A stretch of DNA of 64,000 nt from Alphaproteobacteria bacterium. GTDB lineage: Bacteria; Pseudomonadota; Alphaproteobacteria; UBA828. Shown here in pieces: positions 41,955 through 52,067 of this stretch (positions are counted from its first letter, which is position 1; every line of letters starts with the position of its first letter). The stretch lies in NCBI GenBank assembly GCA_963422645.2, contig CAXXVO010000008.1, positions 576,001 through 640,000 of the forward strand, in the 5' to 3' direction. The notes under the pieces were generated by a model that saw only the letters and a list, made by a program, of their open reading frames with translations, did not search any database and was not told the DNA's origin. Both the position numbers and the translations under genes were made by a program.

Positions 41955-42596
41955 ATGAGCTTGTCCATGTCCGACGCCGAGCGGATTACGCTAGACAGGG
42001 TGGTGCCTCTATTGCGCGCCGAGGGTTACGAAGTTATCTCTGATCCCGGTCCGGACGATTTGCCGCCATTCCTGGGTGAATCGCACCCCGACGCTATCGC
42101 GATTGGTAAGCGTCCGTCGCTACTCGTTGAGGTATTTCGAAAGGAAGGAAGTAGAGAATTAAAAAAAGTGCATGAACTTCGCTCGCTTCTGGCTGATCAC
42201 GATGATTGGGAGCTGCGCGTATTCTATTTCTCATCGCTTGAGCCAACCCTCCATCCGGTAGCTGATGTTGCAACTGCAGAAGCGATTCAAGCGGCACGGA
42301 ACGTTTCCGAAATAGAACCTCGTGCGGCCATGCTATTTGCTTGGTCGATACTGGAAGCCGTGGCTAGAGACAAGATTGAAACGGCCGGAACACGGCCCCT
42401 GAATCCCAGTGCGCTAGTCAATTTGTTGGCAGGCGAAGGAATTGTGGATCAGAACCAGGCAAGTAGAATGTTCGAGCTTGCCAAAGTGCGATCCCAGGTG
42501 GCACATGGTCAAATCGATTTTGTGGCGATGGCGGAAGATGTCTTATGGATATTATCCATAGCAGAGCAAGTGGCAATCGATGAGGATCAGACATAA
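41955..42596 (+). CDS. REase-fold (PD-(D/E)xK-like) + HEPN-like protein
   Basis: N-terminal GYEV...PDAIAIG...LLVEV; C-terminal helical WSILEA...RSQVAHG (Rx4H). Confidence 0.6.
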   Translation: MSLSMSDAERITLDRVVPLLRAEGYEVISDPGPDDLPPFLGESHPDAIAIGKRPSLLVEVFRKEGSRELKKVHELRSLLADHDDWELRVFYFSSLEPTLHPVADVATAEAIQAARNVSEIEPRAAMLFAWSILEAVARDKIETAGTRPLNPSALVNLLAGEGIVDQNQASRMFELAKVRSQVAHGQIDFVAMAEDVLWILSIAEQVAIDEDQT

Positions 42597-42724
42597 TTCG
42601 GCATTTCAATTGTGAGCAATTGATAGAGCGACGTACCTAACATTTTCGGGGAGTATACTTGGGCGCATCGACCGATGGTCGTTATTCTGCATTTTGTCAC
42701 GGGGTGCTGTGCAGGACGGTAATT

Positions 42725-45239
42725 TCAGACTTCCTGACCTCGTGATGCTGGCTGTTCTGGGCAGCGTGCCGGGAACTCCTTGAATTCTGATACATTTCGG
42801 TTGTTTCAGGCGGTTTTTCGCTGGGTGTCGCGCCCGAGGTCTGATATTATAATTTGATACCAATTGCACGGTCTCAACCATGCCCAGTACCCTCCCAATG
42901 TGCCCTCCAGAGGCGGTCTCGATCGGCAACAGCTGCTTCGCCGTCCTGATCTCGGACGACACCTTCACCTACTTTTCCAACCTCATTCCCTTTGACAGCC
43001 ACGCCGCCGATGACCGCACGGCCATGCTCTTGCGGATCGGCCGCCTCGCGGCGATCAGCGCGGTCTCGCCGCAGGAACTGGCTGACGCTTTCGCTGTCTC
43101 GCGCGCGACGGTGCAGCGCGCACGACGGCGCTACCTGGCCGAGGGCGAAGCGGGGTTCATGAAGCCCCGGCGCGGTCGCGGGCCGTCGGTGTTCACTCCG
43201 GAGTTGGCGGAGAAGGCGACGGCGTTGCTGGCATCGGGCCTGAGCGGCTCTGCGGCGGCCCGGGTTCTCGGCGTGTCAGCGCCATCGGTCAACAAGTGGC
43301 GCCGTCAGGGACTGATCGGCAACACGGAGGCGGATGGGGAGCCCGGACGCTCAGCGCTGGCTGCGCCGCCTGACGCGGGTGCGGCTCCTGAAGGCCGTGT
43401 CGATGAAGAGAGTACCGGTGCCCCGGGGCCGGAGACGGCGCCGGGGCTGGAAGCGCAGCCGCAAACGGATCGCAGCGCGCGCGATCGGCGGGACCGGCAG
43501 GCGCCGATGGGGCGTGCGACTTGCGATGTTCCGGCTCGGGTTCTGGCCAGTTGTGGACAGGCGGGGCCGGTCGAACCGCAGTTCGCCGCCGCCGCCCGCG
43601 GTGTCCGCTTCGGCGGCGTGCTCGCCGCCCTGCCGGCCCTGCTGAAGGAAGGTCTTCTCTCCGAGACCGGTCTCCTGCCATTGCTGCCGAAGGGCTATTA
43701 CGGCTTGCCTACGATCCTGCTCTTCCTGGCCTTCATGACCTTGGCGCGGGTGCGCAACCCCGAGAGCCTGCGCTACCAGGCGCCGGGCGAATGGGGCGCC
43801 ATTCTCGGCCTCGATCGCTGCCCCGAGGTCAAGACGCTGCGCCGCAAGATCGCTCTCATCGCCGACGACGAGGCCGGCGTGCGGGCGTGGCAGCTCGCCC
43901 TTGCCAGGCGCTGGCAGGCGCCGACGAGCCGGAGCTCTGGGCGACGCTGGCCATCGACGGGCACGTCAAGGTCTACTCCGGCCGCAAGGGGCGCTTGCCC
44001 AAGCACTTCGTCTCGCGCGAGAAGCTGTGCCTGCCGGCGAGCGCCAGCTACTGGATCAACGCTCTGGGCGGCAAGCCGCTGCTCTGTCTGCACAAGCCGC
44101 TGGACCCGAAGATGGTCGCGGCCATCGAAGCCGACGTGGTGCCGGCGCTGCAGGAGCTTGGGATCGTTGGCGCCGGGGCGCCGGACCTGACCGCCGAGCA
44201 TCCCGGCCAGCCGGCGCTCACCCTGGTCTTCGACCGCGAGGGCTGGAGCCCGGATCTGTTCCGCCGGCTGGCGAGGCGCGGCGTCGCCTGCCTGACCTGG
44301 CACAAGAACTTCAGGGGCGAGGACTGGCCGGCCGAGGACTTCGGCGCGATGACCGTTCCCATTCACGGACCGGCGGCGGACGGCAGCGCCACCATGCGGC
44401 TGGCTGAGAAGCCGGTGACGTTGCCGAACGGCTTCAGGGTGCGCCAGATCCGCCGCCTGCTCGACAACGGCCGTCAGGTGCCGCTGATCACCACCGATCC
44501 GCACAAGCCGATGGCTGAGGTTGCGGGCGCCATGTTCTCGCGCTGGTCGCAGGAGAACTTCTTCAAGTACATGCGTGACGAGTTCAATCTCGACGCCCTG
44601 CCGACCCACGAGCTCGAGCCTCTCGATCCCGCCGCCATGGTCGTCAACCCGCTGCGGCGGGCCTATGACAAGGCAATCCATCGCCTCGACCGCCAGCTTG
44701 GCCGCCTGCGCAACCGCATCGCCGACACGGCCCGGAAGAAGCAGCCGACGGCGGAACTCAGGAGGGAAGTCAGGGACCTCCAGGATGTCCGCGACATCGT
44801 CAGGGCCAGCCGCAGGGAGACGCCCAAGCACTGCCGGGCCGGCGACCTCGACGAAGCCGAGCAGCTCGATGCCTTGCCCGCGCGCGAGCGCCTCCTCCTC
44901 GACGTCATCCGGATGATCGCCTACCGCGCCGAAACCCGCATGATGCTTCCCGTCATGCAGGCGCAGGGCCACAAGCCCCATCCCCGGAAACTGCTTCAAG
45001 CGCTGCTCACCGCCGATGCCGACATCCTGCCGGATCCTGGCAATGGCCTCCTGCGGGTCCACATTCTTGGCCTCGCAAACGACGCCTGCGACCGTTGGAT
45101 CGATGCGGTTCTGAGCGACCTGAACGCCACCGAAACGGTCTTCCCCGGCACCCGTCTGCGCATAGTCTACGACATCGACGGGGCCTCGGAATCCGCGCGG
45201 CTCGTGTCACCTAAAATCAGCAGAGGTCAGGAAGTCTGA
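42725..45239 (+). mobile_element. 2.5-kb IS copy 3 (transposase 42880-45239, frameshift about 43916)
   Basis: Both IRs present; flanks ATT/AGT do not match. Confidence 0.92.
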
Positions 45240-45540
45240 AGTTGATCCCAGATGCCCTTCTTGCGCCAGCGGTTGAAGCGGTTGTAGCAGGTCGTGTAAG
45301 GCCCGTAGCGCTCGGGCAGGTCTCGCCAGGGGGCGCCAGAGCGCAGTACCCACATGATGCCGTTGAGGACGCGCCGATCATCCACACGCGGGACGCCGCG
45401 AGGCTTGTTCGGCAGCAACGGTTCGATCACGCTCCATTCGAAGTCGGTCAGGTCGTAGCGGTTCATCGGCAGGCTCCCGCAATTTGGGAGCTTGAATCAT
45501 GATTCGCTCTCTCCGGCAATTATTTTATGGGTACAGAACC
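45240..45540 (-). mobile_element. IS5-family remnant (one end plus transposase N-terminus, 45466 to 45240)
   Basis: MNRYDLTDFEWSVIEPLLP...VLNGIMWVLRSGAPWRDLPERYGPYTTCYNRFNRW cut by IS copy 3; end GGTTCTGTACCCAT next to TAG. Confidence 0.85.
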
Positions 45541-45605
45541 TAGTGTCTCATAAAGGGGACGGCAGTCGTACCCCCATGATCGGCGGAGAGGTGATCGACA
45601 TGCTG

Positions 45606-45983
45606 TCATCGATGTTCTCTGTTGCCAAGTGTGATGCGGATGTTGTGTCGGTAACACGGGATATGTCCGGTGCATGTACCAGATGATCTGTCCGGTTTTA
45701 GCTGGCGCAGGAACGTCCAGATTTCCTCGGCGCTCTCGATGTCACGGTTGTGGACGCCTGCCCACTCGCGCCACGCGGCGGGGAGAGGCTCGTGGCTCGG
45801 CCAGTTGTGGCCGCCACCTTCGACCCGGAGCAGCTTGACGGCGTTCGGGGTCCTGCAGCCGGTCCAGACGACTTCGAGGACGCGGCTGCCGTCTCCTGTG
45901 ATGCGGTCGTCCCGAAGTTTGGCCGTCTGGCCGGTGCAGCCGTGGAGCAGGCGAAAGTGCTCCATGGTCTCGGGGAACCTCAA
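45606..45983 (-). pseudogene. C-terminal fragment of a PHB-depolymerase/LpqC-like esterase
   Basis: VEGGGHNWP...NRDIESAEEIWTF; N-terminal catalytic region absent. Confidence 0.6.
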
Positions 45984-46055
45984 GGCATAGGGCTATGCTA
46001 TCGTGGCAGCGGATCGGCGCCCGCCGCGCGGGCGTGCCCCCTTGGGAGCGGTCGT

Positions 46056-46757
46056 ATGGAACTGGCACTCGATGCCGTCACATCGGGCTATGGCGGCATC
46101 CCGATCGTCCGCGAGGTCTCGCTCGAGGTGGGCACGGGCGAGATCGTCGCCATCGTCGGCCGCAACGGCGTCGGCAAGACGACGCTGATCGAGACCATCG
46201 CGGGCCTGCTGCCCGTCATGGAGGGCGGCATCGCCTTTCGCGGCCGCGACGTGACCCGCGCGGATGCACGCGACCGTGCGCGGCTCGGCATGGGCTACGT
46301 ACCGCAAGGGCGCGGCATCTTCTCCCGCCTCTCGGTCGAGGAGAACCTGCGGATGGGCGAGCTCGTCGGGGGCAAGCGCGCCGAGGCCGCCTTCGAGCGG
46401 GTCTACGCGTGGTTCCCTCGCCTCGCCGAGCGGCGCCGCCAGCGGGCCGGCACCCTCAGCGGCGGCGAGCAGCAGATGCTCGCCATCGGGCGGATCTTGG
46501 TGGGGCAGCCGAGCATCCTGCTCCTCGACGAGCCGTCGGAAGGGATCCAGCCCACCATCGTCGAGCTCATCGCCGATGTGATCGCGAGCCTCAATGAGAA
46601 GGACGCGCTCACGGTGCTTCTGGTCGAGCAGAACATCGACCTGGTCTGCGCCACCGCGCATCGCTGCATCGTGGTGGACAAGGGTGCCACGGCGGCGACG
46701 CTCACGCCGGACGAGCTCGCCGACCCGGAGGTCGCGCGCCAGTATCTCGCGATCTGA
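46056..46757 (+). CDS. Urea/amide ABC ATP-binding protein (UrtE/LivF-like)
   Basis: GRNGVGKTT, LSGGEQQ, LLDEPSEGIQP, VEQN. Confidence 0.88.
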   Translation: MELALDAVTSGYGGIPIVREVSLEVGTGEIVAIVGRNGVGKTTLIETIAGLLPVMEGGIAFRGRDVTRADARDRARLGMGYVPQGRGIFSRLSVEENLRMGELVGGKRAEAAFERVYAWFPRLAERRRQRAGTLSGGEQQMLAIGRILVGQPSILLLDEPSEGIQPTIVELIADVIASLNEKDALTVLLVEQNIDLVCATAHRCIVVDKGATAATLTPDELADPEVARQYLAI

Positions 46758-46841
46758 ACACCGCCATCTCCGGCTCGCACCGCAGGGCGCGCGCATGCTA
46801 GGGTTTGCGCGCCAGTCAAGACCAACAGGGAGATGGACGGA

Positions 46842-48107
46842 ATGCGGTTTACGAGAAAGACATGGCACTCCTGCGCGGCTCTCGCGCTGGGGGTCGCCGT
46901 CGCTACACCCTTCGCGGTGGCATTGCCCGGCGAGGCCGCTGCGGAGATCAAGATTTGCGTGATCGACGATCATTCCGGCGATTTCGCATTGCCCAACATC
47001 CCGAAGACCCACGGCGCCCAGCTCGCCGTCGATGAGCTGAACGCGGCGGGAGGCGTGAACGGCGAGCAGATCGAGCTGATCCACTACGACGGCCAGTCCG
47101 ATGTGAAGCGCTATCAGGAGCTCGCCAACAAGTGCATCCTCGATGACGAGGTCGACGTCATCATGGCCGGCTACACGAGCTCCGAGCGCGAGGCCGCCCG
47201 TGCGGTTGCCGTGAAGAGCAAGACGATCTTCTGGCACAACAACCAGGGCGAGGGCGGCATCGCCGACAAGTACTCGTTCTTCACCGGGCCGATTCCGGAG
47301 CAGCAGATCCTCACCGGCGTCGAGTACATGATCAACACGTACGGGCCCAAGATGTACGTGCTCGCGGCGGACTACGGCTTCGGCCAGGTGAGCGCGCTCT
47401 GGACCCATGTCGCCGCCGGCCTCTTCGGCGGGGAGATCGTGGGCGAGGAGTTCATCCCGCTCGGCAACTCCGAGTATGCGGCCTCGATCGCCAACGTTCA
47501 GAAGGCGAAGCCGGACTTCATGGTCCACTATCTGGTGGGCGCCAATCAGTCGCAGTTCTATCCGCAGGCGCAGGCGGTCAACCTGGGGCTGCCGGCGATC
47601 TCGACGGTGAACCTGCAGCAGGGCTACGAGCACAAGCAGTTCTCACCGCCCTCGCTCGCCAACATGTACATTCCGGTCGCCTATATCGAGGAGATCCCGA
47701 CCGACGCCAACAAGGCCTTCCTCGAGGCCTGGCGCGCGAAGTGGCCGGATGAGCCCTACGTCAACCAGCCGGCGCGCTGCGCCTATGTCGCCGTCCACAT
47801 CATGGCGGAAGCCTGGCGCAGGGCGGGCACCGCCGAGACCGACGCCGTGATCGCCGCGCTCGAATCCGGCATCACCTTCGATGCGCCGGAGGGCCGCGTC
47901 CTCCTCGACCCGGCGACCCATCATCTGACCATGAACATCCGCATGGCCCATGTGGATGAGGCGCACGAGATCTCCTGGGTCCATGACTTCGGACCGGTCG
48001 AGCCCTGGTGGCTCAGGACGCTCGGCGTCAACCTCGTGCGCCAGAACGACGGGCGGCAGTACCTCCCGTGGGACGATGCGCGTTACGAGAAGTACAAGAA
48101 GGAATAG
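46842..48107 (+). CDS. Urea/short-chain amide ABC substrate-binding protein (UrtA/AmiC-like)
   Basis: Signal peptide; GYTSSEREA, EGG, AADYGFGQ, DAPEG. Confidence 0.8.
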   Translation: MRFTRKTWHSCAALALGVAVATPFAVALPGEAAAEIKICVIDDHSGDFALPNIPKTHGAQLAVDELNAAGGVNGEQIELIHYDGQSDVKRYQELANKCILDDEVDVIMAGYTSSEREAARAVAVKSKTIFWHNNQGEGGIADKYSFFTGPIPEQQILTGVEYMINTYGPKMYVLAADYGFGQVSALWTHVAAGLFGGEIVGEEFIPLGNSEYAASIANVQKAKPDFMVHYLVGANQSQFYPQAQAVNLGLPAISTVNLQQGYEHKQFSPPSLANMYIPVAYIEEIPTDANKAFLEAWRAKWPDEPYVNQPARCAYVAVHIMAEAWRRAGTAETDAVIAALESGITFDAPEGRVLLDPATHHLTMNIRMAHVDEAHEISWVHDFGPVEPWWLRTLGVNLVRQNDGRQYLPWDDARYEKYKKE

Positions 48108-48185
48108 TCGCTCGTTCAATCGCGACCGGGCCGGTGTAAACGCGCCGGCCCGGTACCCTTTGGCTAATCGCTGACGGTCGGCACG

Positions 48186-49082
48186 ATGGAAACGATCTCT
48201 TTCATCGTCAGCCTGCTCTACCAATACGCCGACACGATCGGGGTCCTCGCGCTTTCCGCGATCGGGCTGATCATCATCTTCGGCATGATGGGCGTCATCA
48301 ACATGGCGCACGGCGAGATGATGATGATCGGCGCCTACATCACCTCCTTCGCCTATTTCGCGGGCGTCCCCAGCGGCATCGCCGTGGTCTTCGGCGCGCT
48401 GGGGGCGGGGCTCGCAGGCGTGGCCCTTGAGCGCGTCATCATCCGCCGCTTCTACGGCCAGCTCTTGTCTTCGCTCGTCGCCACATGGGGGCTCAGCCTG
48501 CTGCTGAGCCAGGGCGCGCTGCTCATCTTCGGCCCGCAGATCAAGAGCGTGCCGACGCCCTTCGGCAGCTTCGCGCTCGCCGAGCTCTCCTACTCCTACT
48601 ATCGGCTCTTCATGCTGGGGATTGCGCTGATCACGATCGCGGGCCTCTGGGCGCTCTTTCGCTACACCCGCTTCGGCGTCCACGCGCGGGCCACCATGGA
48701 GAACCCCAGGATGGCGCGGGCGCTGGGTGTCGATACCGCCCGCATCTACGCCCTGACCTTCGGGCTGGGCGCGGCCCTCGCCGGCTTCGCCGGCGGCCTG
48801 CTGGCGCTCACCGCCAACATCGGCCCCTTCTACGGCATGAGCTACACGCCGCAGGCCTTCATCACGGTCGTGGTGGGCGGCGGCGCCGACGTCATCACCG
48901 GCCTGCTCGCGAGCGTGCTCTCCCTCGGCTTGGCGAAGACGGTCTTCGTGAACCAGTTCAACATCCTGCTCGGCCACGTCGCGATGCTGGTGCTGGCCTT
49001 CGTGATCATCCGCCTGATGCCGGCCGGCATCTCCGAATGGATCGAGCGGCGCCGCACGAGCATCAGGGTCAGGGGCCGGTGA
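48186..49082 (+). CDS. ABC permease (UrtB/LivH-like)
   Basis: IIFGMMGVINMAHGEMMMIGAY, ATWGLSL. Confidence 0.88.
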   Translation: METISFIVSLLYQYADTIGVLALSAIGLIIIFGMMGVINMAHGEMMMIGAYITSFAYFAGVPSGIAVVFGALGAGLAGVALERVIIRRFYGQLLSSLVATWGLSLLLSQGALLIFGPQIKSVPTPFGSFALAELSYSYYRLFMLGIALITIAGLWALFRYTRFGVHARATMENPRMARALGVDTARIYALTFGLGAALAGFAGGLLALTANIGPFYGMSYTPQAFITVVVGGGADVITGLLASVLSLGLAKTVFVNQFNILLGHVAMLVLAFVIIRLMPAGISEWIERRRTSIRVRGR

Positions 49083-50161
49083 TGGAGCGCGTCCTCGGCG
49101 GCCTGGCGGGGCCCAACGAGATGGGCCGGCATTGGGGATTCTGGGTGGGCTTCCTCGCGGTGATCGCGGCCGGTGCGGCGGCGCCCGACTACCTCTCGCG
49201 CTACGAGCTGCTGAATTTCTCCAACTTCCTGACCAGCGTCTTCCTCGCGCTCGGCCTCTGCGTGATGTGGGGCTTCTGCGGCATTCTGAGCCTCGGCCAG
49301 GGCGCGTTTCTCGGCCTCGGCGGCTACGCCTACGGGATCGCCGGGATCAACTTCATCGAGAGCCACGGCCACACCTGGGCGGCCCTCGGTGTCGGGCTCG
49401 CGGTGCCCGTCGCGGTTGCCGCGCTACTCGGCTTCATCATGTTCTATGCCAGGCTGCGCGGCGTCTACGTGGCGATCCTGATGCTGGTCGTGACGCTCCT
49501 GCTGGAGACCTTCCTCAACCAGACGGCTGGCCAGGGCTGGTTCATCGGCGACGCGCACCTCGGCGGCAACAACGGCCTCGGGCGCTTCTCCGGCGTCATC
49601 CGCGAGCCGCCGTCGCTCCAGTTCGGGCTCGGCGACCCCGATATCGAGTTCAACGGCCGGACGCGGGCCTTCTACTTCCTCACCTTCGGCCTCGTGGTGG
49701 TTGTCTATCTGGGTCTCCGCTGGCTGGTGAACTCCAAGGCCGGGCGGGTGATGATCGCGATCCGCGAGGATGCCGAACGCACCGAGGCGCTGGGCTACGA
49801 CATCCGCCTGATCCAGCTCGGCGTCTTCTGCCTCGGCGCCTTTCTCGCCGGTCTTTCCGGCATCCTCTACGTCTCGTGGGAGAGCTTCATCACGCCCACG
49901 GTCTTCGGCGTGCAGAACAACATCCTGCCGGTGATCTGGGTCGCCGTCGCCGGCCGCAAGAGCCTGACGGCCACCGTCATCGGCACGCTGTTCCTGCTCT
50001 GGCTCTCGCAGAAACTCGCCGTGCAGGGAAACTATGCGCTGGTGGTCCAGGGCGCGATCTTGATCCTGGTCATGATGCTGCTGCCGGAAGGCGCAATCAC
50101 GGGGCTGGTTGCGCGCTTCCAGGCGCTGCGGCAGCGGCTCGCGCGCGGGGCGTCGACATGA
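49082..50161 (+). CDS. ABC permease (UrtC/LivM-like)
   Basis: WGFCGILSLGQGAFLGLGGY, GGNNGL, AIRED. Confidence 0.88.
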   Translation: MERVLGGLAGPNEMGRHWGFWVGFLAVIAAGAAAPDYLSRYELLNFSNFLTSVFLALGLCVMWGFCGILSLGQGAFLGLGGYAYGIAGINFIESHGHTWAALGVGLAVPVAVAALLGFIMFYARLRGVYVAILMLVVTLLLETFLNQTAGQGWFIGDAHLGGNNGLGRFSGVIREPPSLQFGLGDPDIEFNGRTRAFYFLTFGLVVVVYLGLRWLVNSKAGRVMIAIREDAERTEALGYDIRLIQLGVFCLGAFLAGLSGILYVSWESFITPTVFGVQNNILPVIWVAVAGRKSLTATVIGTLFLLWLSQKLAVQGNYALVVQGAILILVMMLLPEGAITGLVARFQALRQRLARGAST

Positions 50162-50946
50162 CGGGCGGTGAGGCGGGCACGGGAGGTGGGGCGGGCGCGG
50201 GCGACGGCACCCTGCTCCGGACCGAGGGCCTCGCCAAGGCGTTCGGCGGGGTCCGCGCGGTCGATGGCGTGGACTTCACCCTGGAGCCCGGCGCACTGCG
50301 TTGCATCATCGGCCCCAACGGCGCCGGCAAGAGCACCTTCTTCAAGCTTCTGCTCGGCAGCATCAAGCCGGACAAGGGCACGATCCGGTTTCGCGGGCGC
50401 GATGTCACGCGCGTCGAGACGCATCGGCGCGCCCACATGGGGATCGGCGTCAAGTTTCAGCAACTCGGCGTCTATGGCGACCTCACCGTGCGCCACAACA
50501 TGCAGCTGCCGCTCCAGCACAGCCTCTCGGGCGAGGCGATGGACGCGGAGATCGCGCGGCTGCTCGAGCGGCTCAACCTCGCCGGCACCGAGGATCGCCG
50601 CGTAGCTGAGCTTGCGCACGGTCAGCGGCAGTGGCTCGCGATCGGCATGGCGCTTGCGATGCGGCCGGTTCTTCTGCTGCTCGACGAGCCGACCGCCGGC
50701 ATGGGGCCTGAGGAAACCCGGGCCACCGGCGCGCTCGTCCACTCGGTCCATGAGGAGGGCGTCACGATCGTCGTCGTGGAGCACGACATGGCGTTCGTGC
50801 GCCAGCTCGGCGCACCGGTTACCGTGCTTCACTATGGGCGGGTGTTCGCCGAGGGATCGCTCGCGGCGATCGAGGGCAACGAGGACGTTCGCAACATCTA
50901 TCTCGGCGGGTCACGAACGATGGCCGTTCGGAACCGCCACCACTGA
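50158..50946 (+). CDS. ABC ATP-binding protein (UrtD/LivG-like)
   Basis: GPNGAGKST, HGQRQWLAIGM, LLDEPTAGM, VEHDM. Confidence 0.88.
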   Translation: MTGGEAGTGGGAGAGDGTLLRTEGLAKAFGGVRAVDGVDFTLEPGALRCIIGPNGAGKSTFFKLLLGSIKPDKGTIRFRGRDVTRVETHRRAHMGIGVKFQQLGVYGDLTVRHNMQLPLQHSLSGEAMDAEIARLLERLNLAGTEDRRVAELAHGQRQWLAIGMALAMRPVLLLLDEPTAGMGPEETRATGALVHSVHEEGVTIVVVEHDMAFVRQLGAPVTVLHYGRVFAEGSLAAIEGNEDVRNIYLGGSRTMAVRNRHH

Positions 50947-50973
50947 GACCGACAAACCAAGGGAGAGACGGCG

Positions 50974-51963
50974 ATGCAGAGGATCAATCGGGGCGATATT
51001 CCGAGCAAGTACGCCTTCGACTGGGAAGACGAGCCGGTGCTCAGGGTGGCGCAGGGCGAGACGTTTCAGCTCGAGACCGACGACGCGCTCTCAGGCCTCA
51101 TCGCCGACGACAGCGACGACCCAAAGGTGCACGACTTCACCGGCGAGCACGTGGTGGCGCTGCAGAGCGTCTGGCCGCCCAAGTACAACCCGGTGGTCGG
51201 CCCGATCTACGTGGAAGGCTGCGAGCGCGGCGACACCCTCGCCGTGAACATCCACTCGATCGACCCCTGGCGCTACGGCTTCTCGGGCATTCTGCCCGGC
51301 ATCGGCCCGCTGGGGGATTCGAAGCGCTGGGCGGACTGCTCGGAGGCGCACGTGCAGGTGATCGAGCATTTTCCCGGCCCAAGCGGGCATACGCGGGACG
51401 GCATGGGCAAGTATTCCGACAAGCTGACCTGGGACCTGATGCCCTTCTGCGGCACGCTGGCGTGCGCGCCGGAGCGTGAGGTCTTCACCTCACTGCTGGG
51501 CCAGGGCCCCTTCGGCGGCAACATCGACTGCCGCGACGTGTGCGCCGGCCACACGATCCTGCTCAACGCCTACCACGACGGCGGCCTGCTCTATGTGGGC
51601 GACATGCACGGCGGGCAGGGCGACACCGAGTTCACCGGCATCGCCGACGAGACGCGGGCGACGATTCAGCTGAGCGCAACGGTGATCAAGAACAAGCACG
51701 CGCCTTGTGTGCGGATCGAGAAGCCGGACAGCATCGTGGCGGTCGGCATCAACCTGCCGATGGAGCACGCGGTCTACGACGCCTGCGACAACATGATGCA
51801 GTGGCTCAGGGACGATCACGGGATCAGCGGCAAGGATATGTACATCCGCATGTCGTGCGATCCGGCGTTCCGTATCCGCACCTATCAGATGGTGCGCGCG
51901 GTGACGATCCAGCACGTCGTCGGCGCCGAGTATCCCAAGGAGCGCCTTGTCCCCGCGTTTTAG
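50974..51963 (+). CDS. Acetamidase/formamidase family protein
   Basis: NPVVGPIYVEG, GPFGGNID, GDMHGGQGDTE. Confidence 0.88.
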   Translation: MQRINRGDIPSKYAFDWEDEPVLRVAQGETFQLETDDALSGLIADDSDDPKVHDFTGEHVVALQSVWPPKYNPVVGPIYVEGCERGDTLAVNIHSIDPWRYGFSGILPGIGPLGDSKRWADCSEAHVQVIEHFPGPSGHTRDGMGKYSDKLTWDLMPFCGTLACAPEREVFTSLLGQGPFGGNIDCRDVCAGHTILLNAYHDGGLLYVGDMHGGQGDTEFTGIADETRATIQLSATVIKNKHAPCVRIEKPDSIVAVGINLPMEHAVYDACDNMMQWLRDDHGISGKDMYIRMSCDPAFRIRTYQMVRAVTIQHVVGAEYPKERLVPAF

Positions 51964-52010
51964 TGCCATGTTGCCGAAGTTCGCATGCATTTGTGCGGTG
52001 CCCCCAACTC

Positions 52011-52040
52011 GTCATGGCCGGACTCGTTCCGGCCATCCAC
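52011..52040. repeat. Alphaproteobacterial REP-like palindrome
   Basis: GTCATGGCCGGACTCGTTCCGGCCATCCAC hairpin downstream of the operon. Confidence 0.6.
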
Positions 52041-52067
52041 CCTGCGACAGAGCTGGCCGAGGGAGAT

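Noticed and set aside
33744-45239. Composite transposon from IS copy 1 to copy 3 that has already moved as a unit
   Set aside because: Copy 1 has its own GTT duplication, and the outer flanks (GTT/AGT) do not match
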